A stretch of DNA of 64,000 nucleotides from Oikopleura dioica. Its lineage: Eukaryota; Animalia; Chordata. Location: the NCBI GenBank assembly GCA_907165135.1, contig OU015566.1:3224001-3288000 (forward strand), in the 5' to 3' direction. A program made the position numbers and the translations under genes. The notes under the pieces are model-generated. The model searched no databases. It saw nothing but the letters and a program-made list of their open reading frames with translations, and was not told where the DNA came from. Each line of letters starts with the position of its first letter. Position 1 is the stretch's first letter. Of this stretch, positions 1 to 11,014 are shown in pieces.

Positions 1-3000
1 AGGAGCCAAAATAGGGGAGTGAAAAACTAATTTCGTCCACTGCTGCAGTCAAATCGAACCCCCTCTTATGTTTATCTTGAAAATCATCATTTTCAATACG
101 CTCATCGGAAATAACATAATCAAGGATTGAGTTTGTCTTCATTGAAATTTTGAGAGAGTCAACGTAAGCGAGCGCCAATTTTAAATCCAGTAAATTTTCT
201 TTTTGACAAAAAATGAACTCATTGTCCACCACACGGTCATTGAAAGTTTTTTTTCTCTCAGCTCGCTCATGTTTTTTGAACTGGAATCCAGGTGAAATGT
301 ACATCAACTCCTCTTTTTCAGCTGAAGATGTAGTCACGATGAAACTCGACAAAATGAGTCGTCGTATAAGAAAATCGTTTCGATCAGCAAAATTTCGAAA
401 AGTGAGGAATCGTTGGAATGCCTCAATCAATAGGTCACCGCATAGAGATTTTATGGGCTCACTCGTTTTTCGTGATCTTAAAAAGGGGCACTCAAGATTT
501 TAGATGTCTTGAAAACAAATAAATATGATAAGAAATTATAAAATGCCTCTTTCCTGACGGACAATTGAAATAATTGATGCGCGTCGCATCCTCCCAAAAT
601 CTTTGTTACGATGGAATTTAAAAATTCTTCTTGCTGAGGGTTGGATAGCTTAATTTTCTCCACAATTTCGGCTTCAATATTCAAATTGAAAAAGGTCTCG
701 ATGGAGACAAACATATTTTTAGCAAGAAAATGCGCTTTTTTATGATGACAATCGTATTTACTGAGCTGTATTTAAACGAAAAGCCACCTTTCCTAAAAAG
801 ACGCCACAAGAAAGGTCAGATGATATCACTGCTTCTCCTGTGTCGGGAAACTGGACACTCATCGAAGAAGGTCCTGGGTATTTAAGGTTCAGCGTGAATT
901 CGGCGAATTCTTCGCTACCGATAATGACATTTGCCGTATCGTGGATACTAGAAAGAAAGATTTTGAAGAATCTTCTACAGCTGATTAATATTTTTATGTT
1001 AAAATCACTCAAATGGAAACCAATGTATATAAACCAAAGGACTGATTGTTCAATGATCAAATTAAAAAATTTAAATATATAAAACGATAAGCAGACATTG
1101 TTTATAATAAATTTAGATAGAAGCTTCTTAAACGGATTTTATCCATAATAAGACAAATAAACTTATTTTGATCATAAATATTTGCTTACGTCTTAAAATT
1201 CGCATTTACTTAATTCCAAAAGGATTTTTTCAATGCTTACTATTCGTCAAATAATTGGTTCGTAAAAAATATATTTAAAAACAATAAGCATGCATTTTGA
1301 ATCGTTAATTTGGAAAAAATTGTCTAAAACGGATTCTATCCATAATTAGACAGGAAAATTATCAATTATCACAAACAGCAGCTTTTGTTTTTAAATAAAT
1401 TTTTATTTTTTTCTTCAAATCTAACACGTCTTAAACGGATTTTAATCCATATTAAGACCAATATTTCTGTATTTATAGTCCTACATTAATGAATAATAAA
1501 TTCTATTCACAATGGGAGTTGAATTTAATTTTATACAATTATTTTACTTTTATCATTTAATCAGCGGTAAAAGTTCTTAAATAAAAAAATATCATATTTT
1601 AAAGTGTGTATCTTTCTCTTAGTTGAAGAGATTTCTGTTAATTTGACAAACAAAATTCGTTGGTTTTTGAGGTCGCAAGTATGACGCTCGCCGAGGCCTT
1701 CATATGGCATATTTACCACGTATGGAACTGTATCGGACTACCCTCCTCTTTGACCCCTCGACCTTGAACCCGTCTGTCAAATGTTTTTATGAATGATTTC
1801 TGTTACTTATTCAGTCCAAGTGTATCATCGACTCTTTCATGCTGGGTCACGGATTTTAATCCATGAACACCAGAAGTAGTTTTCCGAATCAACTGTCTTG
1901 ACTGATCCCCCAAATACGATTAAGAATACTTACGAGGTTAGAAACGAATCCTCGACCTCAAAAGAATACTTTCGATTGTCAACGAATTCTTGCTCCGCAG
2001 AGCGGCGTTGTCTTATTTCCGACGATGAATTCGTCGCAGACGCATCTGAGCCGAAAAAGACTTTCAGCCCTTCATAGATCTCTCTTTTGTTGTCCCGGAG
2101 TAAGTCCGCTATGAGAGTTGCGGACAAAACTGCGATGACTAGCTGAACAAAAATGGGAAATTGCATGTTGATGATGATAAAACCAACTCACGTCAAGTTA
2201 TAAAGGCCAATGCCAACTGATAGAAACAACTGATCAAAACATAGCATGATACCGTAGACTTTCATTTTGACACTTATGGCGCTTCAGAAGAGGCGGCGCA
2301 GCAGGTCATCACAACCGCGCTTCTATTTTATCACACTTTGGAAATGACCGATGTGATCGAAGTTTATCCAAAATGGCAATAACGAGCTAATTCTCAATTC
2401 TAAAAATTCTTGTCTTCAAGCATTCATTCTTCCATCAGGTTGGTCCTCCGGGAGGTCCTCCAGCAGAAAATGGCCAAAATAAGCCGAAAAAATGGCAATT
2501 ACTAGCCCTTGATTATTGTTCAATGACTTTTTGAAATACTTCTCTTCCAGCACATAATCTTCCACCAGATTGGTCCTCCGGAAGATCCTCCAGCAGAGAG
2601 TGACCAAAATTAGCCGAAAATGGCAATTACTGGCCCTTCAAAGCTATTTAATTATCTTTTTAATTATTTGTTTTCCAGCAGTAACTCTTCCACCAGGGTG
2701 GTCTTCCAGGAGGTCTTCCGGCAATTCTCGACCAAAAGTGACCTTAGGTGGCCATATACTGGCCAATCACAGCTATATATCCAATATTTTTAGTATAATC
2801 CTCATAAACTATTACATAATGGGTAAAAATAATGAATAACGCAATATTTCATAATTGGGATGAGTTATTTTTGATCTGAAAAAAGATGAAGCGTCCTTGG
2901 ATCATAGAGAATAATAAAGCCCAAAAAAAAACCGAAAAAATAAGTACCCCTGGTCCCTAGGCGAGTTCGTAACTTTTTCTTAGATCGCCCCGCCCACGCT

Positions 3001-3139
3001 TCATAATAATGAAATCCCAAAATTTTTTTGCAGATTCATGAATGGCACATCTAGCTCGACATAACTGCACTTTTAGATTTTTGAAAATGATACGTTTACG
3101 ACATTTTGTCAAAACCGAAAATTTATATTTTCACGTCCC
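1..3139. mobile_element. Right arm of the giant Sola2-like transposon in repeat copy 1 (orphan genes, subterminal repeats, TIR at 2860-3139)
   Basis: Equivalent to 54819-57956. Ends ...TTCACGTCCC followed by ATT; 2860-3139 is the reverse complement of 40812-41091. Confidence 0.9.
2420..2767. repeat. Three imperfect ~128-bp subterminal direct repeats inside the right TIR (second copy about 57237-57584)
   Basis: The motif CCA(T/C)CAG..TGGTC(C/T)TCC.G.AG.TC.TCC.GCA...TGGC.A..ACT.GCC starts at about 2433, 2562 and 2690. Confidence 0.85.
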
Positions 3140-4089
3140 ATTGTTACATAAGCAAGAAACAAAACGGAAGGAGTCGAATTTTCAGATTTGGTCGCTTTTG
3201 TCGCTCGATCATCATCTTTATTTTCCTTCTCGTCTTTTTTCGCTTTTTCTAGGGCGTTTTGTCGAGCCTCGCATTCTTGATTGATTCTGAAAGAAGATAA
3301 AAAGGGAGGAAAAAGAAGGATGATCCTACCGATCTTCTTCTTCTTTGAGTTGTGCTTCAAGCTGTTTTCCATCGATTGTTACACCACGGATTGTTTCGTA
3401 ATCCTCAAAAGAACTTGAGCTTTTTTCGAATGAGTCGCCCTCTTGACGGTCCTTCCTGACTCAGGAAAAGTAAAACGCCAGATTCAACAGGTCGCGACAT
3501 GTTTAAATAGATGTGCAAATTCACAGTCACGGGCGCAGACTCTCAAATAAACTCTCCTACCTTTGAGTAGTCGATCTTTTCTAGGTCTTCTTTCAGCGCT
3601 CTCAGTTTTGCGGTGTATTCATTTTCGATCTTGGCCTTGTCTTTTTCAAGTTCTTCTAGCCGCAACTTTCGTGCAATCGCGATTTTTTGCTTCTTGTCAC
3701 TAGAAATGGCAGTATTTGCGATTGCCTCTTCTTTTGGCTTGTCACCTGACATAGACGACAAAAAGCATAATTGGGAGACAAACGCAAAGCATTTGAATCG
3801 CCCAATATCCATTTGGCGTGATTGGGAAGAATTGATTGATGCACATTCTAGCGCAACCAGGCGTTTTTGTGTCGCATTCTAGATCTGACCCTCCAAAGGC
3901 GCTACCGACGATGGAGAATAGAAGGAGAAGTCTTTATACAGGGTTTTTGATTGAAATTATGTTTCCTTGTATGAGTTATCAAAGCCCGTTCCTTAGTGCT
4001 AGAAAAGTCGAAATCCAGTATTTGCCCAATAAGGTTGTATGCTTCTGAGTCTCTTGCAGGTAATTCTCTATCACATGCCACCCTGCCAT
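3140..4089 (-). CDS. Connexin (gap-junction protein), 5' exons up to TM3, repeat copy 1; runs into the transposon end
   Basis: Spliced translation: MAGWHVIENYLQETQKHTTLLGKYWISTFLALR-LLLLFSIVGSAFGGSDLECDTKTPGCARMCINQFFPITPNGYWAIQMLCVCLP. This is the connexin N-terminus, TM1, E1 three-Cys loop and TM2, followed by a charged loop and STPSVLFLAYVTM. Confidence 0.9.
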
Positions 4090-4346
4090 GATTCAATCCC
4101 TCTGTTATCAATTCTGTATCTTTCAAAATTCGCGAGAGAAAAATCGTATTTGAAGAGAGATTTGGTAAAAAATGTTTATTTCCTCCGGCAGCAAACTTTG
4201 GAGCCCACAGACATGATTTTGTCACGTTACATTGAATTGACGCGAATAAAAACGCAGGAAGAATTTCAATGCAAATAACAGTTTTGCTGATCTTTTTATT
4301 TTTTGATTTATAGTGGTCATTCGCTTTTTTCTTGGAGGAAAGATGG

Positions 4347-5400
4347 TTAATCCTCGTTGTTGTTTTCTGAAGATTCGAGTCGGTTTTCGAGCTTTTCTTG
4401 AATCGCGCCGATGATTGATCCCAACCAAGCGAGGCTAGAACATTTGATGAAAAAAGCCAAAAGAAGAATGTTTTCATACCCGAGATAAATGAAAATCACA
4501 ATGCCAAATTGATAGTTGCTTCCTGGGGTAACAGAATAATCCCCGAATCCAACAGTAGTAAACGTAACCACCATGAAATACAGAGCCTCAAAATAGGTCC
4601 AGCCTTCTACCAAGCAAACGATCATGGCAGGGATGCAGATGAAGAAGCCAATGCCGAAAAGAAGGACGAAGAGAAATTTCAGAAAAAGAGGAATCTTTTC
4701 GAAGCGTCGTCTTATTTTCTTCCGAATAAATGTATACTTAAAATATTTTTCATGCTATTTTTTAGATAAAAACTTACGAGTTTGGCGATTTCTCCAAGAA
4801 GAGCGCCGCAAAGAACGATTCCCGGTATCACATAAAAAATAAAGAAAATTCTGCCTCCCACAGTCTAAAGTCCTTTTTAACATGAACTCGTAGCTTGACA
4901 AACCTTAGGCGCAGTGTTTCCGTAACCAATAGTGGTCACGACGGTCATCACGAAATATACAGCGCTTTTAGGTGTCCAGTTCATCGGGCAAGGCTCCTCC
5001 GGATCTTCTTTGAACATAGAAATAGGGACGCCTTTTCCTGCGTATTCCTCTGCCGTTGCGATGATATCCGTTAGGTTCTTTTCGGACAGGACGAATTGCC
5101 CGTCGGAATTGATCTCGAAGGAATCCCGCATTTCAACAAGCGCCCTTTGAGATTCTTTGCAGCGGATTATTTCTGCTGGGCCTTCGAGCTTTCCGAAGGA
5201 AAAGGTACCAATGATGACATAAATGATGAAGGTTAAAAAAACGAAGCTTTTTTAAAATGTCAATTTTTCAGTGAAAAATATTTATGATCAAAAATAAATG
5301 ACACTTTCCAAGGACGTCGCCATTTTCCCTTCTTTACCGAGCATTTTCCCTCTTCTTCTTTTCGTCCCACCACCTCGCGATTGACTTCTCTCGTTTCCAT
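4347..5400 (-). CDS. Two-pore-domain (K2P/KCNK family) potassium channel
   Basis: P1 loop VVTTIGYGN, P2 loop FTTVGFGD, and TM1 FVFLTFIIYVIIGTFSFGKLEG followed by a cap region; short GT-AG introns. Confidence 0.92.
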
Positions 5401-5775
5401 TTTCGGAAAACGAACTTTTTTGATTAATTTCTCGATTCTTTGTTATCGTTAAAATAGTTTTAGGTGGTCTTGATTGCGGCCTGCCTCGAAACTAATAAAC
5501 TTCTGACAACAAGCTGTTGCCGTATTATGCCATAAATTTTATTTTCTTTGTTACGTTCGAGACGAATTTTAAGGTCAGCACCTTTCCGCATTGTTGCTTT
5601 CAAGTTCAGAGCCTTTCAAAGGCAGTTGTGAATATTCATTAGTACAGTCGTTCTCTGACTATAAGGCAAATATATAACGAGAACCAGAGCAAATAGAGAT
5701 TCTGTAACGACTGCTTTTTCGAGTAAAAAGAACTCTCATTATAAGATCACGTCTTTTTTTTTTGACATTTTGTTC

Positions 5776-7912
5776 ATGCGAGTAACCACTCATCCAGAGG
5801 AATTGGCAAGAGAAAATGTCGAAAAATGGTTGCCAAATTTTACGCGGAAACTCAGGCGATCAACAAGTAGAAATGATTTAGACAGGCTCATTTTATCTGT
5901 CGAAAGAATGGAATTTTATAATCATGATTGTGCAAATTGGACTCAAGTTCTTTTTGAAGACCAACATTCATATGAAATGGGGGGAAAAATTCTCGGAAGC
6001 GAAGAATTGCTTCTTGATGTATTTGAGCCGACAGCATTTCAAAAAGAGATTCTCGCTAGAAACCCACAATTGAAAGGAAAATTGATCGAGCGAAAAGACT
6101 TGAATGAAGAAACTGGAGAATGGCTACTTGATGAATTTCTTGCTGAGAAAACGATTTCAATTGGGGGCGAAGCGATTATTTTGACGGAAAATTTCGAGGG
6201 CTTCGAAGTCGCTGTTCGCGTTCAAGCGTTTGACCCGTTTCTTTTTACAAATGATCTGAATGATGACGACTTGAGATTTGAGATTCATCTTTCAAACGGC
6301 TACGAAATAGCGGAGGATAATTCTGAAGATGATGATGATGATGATTCACAAGTGATTCCATTTCATAAAAATCTCGTCAAAAATTCCTGCAATATCGAAT
6401 TTTTCGCAAGTGAAGATTGGGAAAAGCAAGACTGCTTAGGGTGGATCACAATTATGGAAAGATGCGACGGCGATTTAAGAGGTAGACTAAAAGCAGACGA
6501 TTTGGCATTTGAAGAGCGAAAGAAAATCGCGATTGGAGTCAAGGAAGGAGACGATTATTTGGAGAGAATTGGAATTACGCATTTCGACCAGAAGCCGGAA
6601 AATATTCTTCTCGTCAATGGGGTGCCAAAATGGAGTGATTTCGGAATCGTCTGGGATCGCTCAGGAAGAGAAAGCTATCGAAAACTTGGTTACGTCAGAA
6701 GAGGCAGCAGATTTTCAAATTATCGATGTCTTTGTAAGCTTTCCATTTATTTTTCAAAATTGTTCATTTTAGATTCGGGATCTCCGGCCTTTTCATTGAA
6801 TTGGCAGCTCTGTGGAACCACCGGAGAATATTTTTCGAATATTTATGTTTTTATTCTGTGCGAGTGGAAAACTGCATGGAATCTTTGCTTCAGCCCAGTT
6901 TCACATGATCAAGCGGAGAAAATAAAGAGAAAACTAAAAGTTTGTCCAGATATTTTTTATTTGAACCGTCGATTTCTCTTTAAGATCTTGAACGCTGAAT
7001 GGTTATCAAATAAAACTTTCAAAATTGACGACATCGAGAAGTTATCGAAAGCCATCACAATCAAAAACGCTCATTTTTATTATTGTCTGGAGAACCAAAG
7101 TTTTACGAAGTCGCTTGAAATGGAAAATTTGAAACATCGACTAGCTAGAATGATGGATCTTGAATTCGAAAACTTGACGACGAAAAATATTGCTCAGAGA
7201 GAACGATTCCTTTCCGTCCCATTTTCTGTCAGCATTCTTGTTCGATGGACCATCAAAAATGACCTTCAGACGACTGATATAAAAATGGAGAGCAAATATT
7301 CTCTTCACAAAATTTTTATAATCTTGACGATGGTTATTTACCCACGAAGCTTGCTGGGATTTAATCTGAATCCAAGAAACGCTAAGGGGGATTTTCAAAC
7401 GACCGATGTCGAGATACTCCTAAAAAGGCTTAAATATCCATCTTTTTTGAACAAAAGTGGCTTTGACATTTTCAAAGAAAGTGGCGATTTAGAGGGAGAG
7501 CTTGATTTTCAGCAAGGTTTGTTTCATAATTGTCATCGTTTTTATTTTTTTTCTAGTTCTTCTTCATCAAAACTTTCATTTCACCCGCCCGTTGAGTGTA
7601 ACTGGCGCTTATCTGGATTCCAAAGGAAGCGTCATTTTCCACCAAATGCTTCTTGCCGGAATCGAATACAATGAGTACATTTTGCAAAATACGCTCAGTG
7701 CAGCTTCATCATCGCAAATAAGAATCCCTCTTGACCGACGATACTACGCCTCTTACAAGATGACCAGATATTGCTACGACAATTACAACGACCTCATTTA
7801 CTACGGACCAAAAAATGAATTTATTAAATTGGCGAATGAGCAAATCAATATGAAAAAAGAAGTCTGGCATCTTCTTCCCCAAGCCTATTCAATTATTCTT
7901 ACTGATAAATAA
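5776..7912 (+). CDS. Divergent protein kinase with a C-terminal papain-like region
   Basis: Kinase motifs SIGGEAII, ITIMERCDGDL, HFDQKPENILL and WSDFG. The C-terminal exon is joined by a GT-AG intron at about 7517-7556 and ends ...YSIILTDK* at 7912. Confidence 0.8.
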
Positions 7913-8769
7913 AGCTTTTTCCTGATAGCATCTTAATCCCTGTTTACAATCAAACGTTATTTCAACCACTCGTAAATAAGAGCGAGGTTGGCAAAATTCA
8001 TCCATAAATCCGAGAGCTTATTTGACCTGTGAAACGATTTTGCATTTTTCCGAGATCAACAAGGTTCATGAAGATTCAAATGCAGGTTATTTTCATCAGC
8101 AGGATTAATATCTTTTGAATTTTCGATAAAGCATTTCAGTGATATATTTCCCTAGTCAATAGAATTGAAAGAAAATACTATCTTTTGAAAGCATTATTTA
8201 ATCAACTCAAATTCGAGACACACATTAAATTGTGACAGACTCATCGAGAATTGGAGCCAGTGAATGATGTCTAATGACTTTGATTTGAGCAATCTTCGAA
8301 AACAATTTTCCCCATTCATCTTAGTTCGACCGTAAATCTGTGCTTCCGATTTATGGTTTTTCTTTTAACGATTGTTGACGTAGCCTACAAAATCCTCTCG
8401 AAATATTGCTTTCAATGATCGTCAATAATCGTAATAACATTTAATATTTTTAAACGTCATTTTGACATTGTAAAACTTGATTTTCCAAAGAAACTGATAT
8501 AATTTCCTTCGGTATTAAAAAAGCAATAAACATTTGTTTCGATTAGTTTTTTTCTGAATTGATACAAATACAAGGCCGAATCTACGAAACAAGCTGCCGA
8601 CAACATAATTCTCAAGATTTATCGGAGGATAAGCCCTTAATTTTTATCAGCCTGGACGGGCATTGTAGATTAATCTCGCTGCAGATCGTAAAAGCTTAAG
8701 CTCCTGGTGTTGTAGCGCTACGTGAGCGATCATAATATCAGTAGAGAAAAAAACGAAACGAAACTACGA

Positions 8770-11009
8770 ATGAAATATAAAGTTTGTAAACAAAATTAAT
8801 CAAAAGATAACAGAACAAAAGTTTGAAACTTAAACTTAAAATTTTCTTTCTTTTTTTATGAAATCTTTAGTTCTTCCTGGGCATCCTGTGCCTAGGAACA
8901 GTATCCTGCCTTGGAGTAACCGACCTCACTTGCGCTGAAAACTCTGATTGCTACGCATACAATGCTTTTTGCAATTCAACAACCTTGACTTGCTACTGCA
9001 ACGATGCATTCTCCTACTACCTTACCCCGCAAGACCCCGAAATCGAAGTCAATGGGCAATTATTGGAAGAAACATGCGTCTTAAAAACTCGTAAAGTCCC
9101 CCTTTTGCCCTCCGTCCAAATCAAGGCCAATTTAGCTTGCGACTTTTACGTGGAGGAAAATGGCCCGTGCCCTGCTAACTCGAATTGCATGATTCAAATC
9201 GATGGAACTGCCGAGTGCGCTTGTTATCCTGGCTTCGAATCGACGGATGCTGACGGTCAAGTCGGAGTGGATGGGGTTACTTGTGAAAGGAAAGGGATGA
9301 TAAAATCATTTTTGTTTTTCATGAAATCAATTTATCAATCCAAAAATAAAGAATTAATCCATGCAACTCCTACTCCTGTGACGCAATAGCAAATTCTGAG
9401 TGCGTTGCCCTTTCCGAAACGGAAGCTAATTGTGCATGTGGCAATCTTTACGAGCCGTACGTTTTCGGACAATCATGGGAGCTGTCAGAAGACGATCTTT
9501 TTCCCAATTCATTTGCGCCAGACGTCATTTGCAATCCTAAATTTCCCTGTTTTGATCAAACCTGTGGTGGGAATCAGACCTGTGTCGTGAACAACAACGA
9601 TGACGGAATTCCCACTGCTTTCTGTGCCTGCGACGATGGCTTTTCCTCTACTGGAGCTCAAACAGTCCTCATGTCGGATGGCGGTCTTGAGTGCGAAGAT
9701 CTCGACGAGTGCTCTGATGACGCGCTTAACTTTTGCGCTGCCACTCAAACCTGCATCAACCAAGTTGGAAGCTACGAATGCGAATGCTCTCCTGGATACC
9801 TTCCAAATACTGACGAGAACACAGTGTCTGTTGCTCCTTGTGTCCAATGCTCAGGACCAGGGGCAACGGAAAATGACGGAGAATGCACTTGTTATAATGG
9901 AGCGATTCTGAGCGAGGGTGATAGTACCCTCTGTGTGTGTCCTGATGGTTGGGAACAGGTAGGTAATATGTGTTCGCTAGGAGGAACTTCTTCGACAACA
10001 ACCACAACTACTACCACAACTACGACTACAACAACAACTACTTCCACGACGACAAGTAAGACTACGACAACAACCACTACTACGACGACAACCACTACTA
10101 CGACGACAACCACAACAACGACAACTACAACAACGACAACTACTTCAACAACAACAACTACCACTACTACCACTACGACAAGTACAACTACGACAACTAC
10201 GACTTCCACAACGACCACTACTACGACGACAACAACAACAACTACAACTACTACAACAACGACAACTACATCCACCACAACTACAAGCACAACAACAACA
10301 ACTACGACAACAAGTACGTCGACAACTACTACAAGCACCATCACAAGCACAACCAAAAGTACAACAACGAGCACAACTACCACCTCGACTACCACGACTA
10401 CTTCAACAAATACAACTACCTCGACGACTACTACCACAACGTCAACAACTACAACAACAACCACTACCACCACAAGCACAACGAGCACAACTACGACCAC
10501 TACAACCATATCTCAAACAACAACTTCAGGCGAACCTTGCTTTGGTCCAACCAGCCGTTTTGAAAATGGCGCTTGCACTTGCGACTTTACAATCCGAAGT
10601 ATCGAACTAAAAGATGACCAGAAAACCTGCCGTTGCAAAGAAAAATTTACTTGGAGAGAGAATCTTGGAATTTGCGACTGTGAGCCTGGTCTTTTCGTGA
10701 GTACAAAAGTTTATAGAAATCATTAAATGAGTTAAAAGAAATCGATTCGGGGAGGTTGCGTTCCACCAGAAGACAACTACATTCAATGGAAGGGACCCTT
10801 CGGAAAATGCGAAGGAAATCGTCGGAAACGAGCGATCAAGCAAATCGACCGTGTTGAAAATGGCGCTACTGAGGTTAGGTTATCTTCTTAATTAATATAA
10901 GAACAATGTCAAGGCTCCTTGGTTCGGAAGAAATGTCAACTCTTGGAAAGTCACTGAAAAATGCGGCGCCGATAGACCAGGTTCGAATCCTTCGAAAGAA
11001 GATAATTGA
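8770..11009 (+). CDS. Secreted EGF-repeat protein with a ~175-residue poly-Thr mucin stalk and a Cys-rich C-terminus
   Basis: Signal peptide MKYK-FFLGILCLGTVSCLG, several EGF modules including a cbEGF-type CEDLDECSDDALNFC...CINQVGSYECEC, Thr tract at 9988-10525, then further Cys modules; stop TGA at 11007-11009. Confidence 0.85.
9988..10525 (+). repeat. Coding (ACN)n threonine tract
   Basis: Near-continuous ACA/ACT/ACG/ACC codons inside ORF 9587..10726. Confidence 0.95.
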
Positions 11010-11014
11010 AGACT

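Larger units (their letters stand above)
1..9183. repeat. Copy 1 of a ~54.8-kb-period direct repeat (matches 54819-64000)
   Basis: Same ORF set and sequence at offset 54816-54818. Spot checks found only homopolymer differences: T7/T6 at 1406-1412, T6/T7 at 5416-5421, T10/T8 at 5754-5763, A5/A6 at 7422-7426. Confidence 0.98.

Noticed and set aside
2845-2868. Resemblance of ACTCATCCCAATTATGA (minus strand, inner TIR edge) to the 5' end of the Oikopleura spliced leader as I recall it
   Set aside because: Only about 15 of 17 nt match a remembered sequence, and no downstream donor or Sm site is evident; likely chance.
3902-4477. 191-aa minus-strand ORF as a separate gene
   Set aside because: It is an off-frame read across K2P last-exon, intergenic and connexin first-exon sequence.
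9892-10509. 205-aa poly-Val ORF on the minus strand
   Set aside because: Antisense shadow of the Thr codons of the mucin tract.
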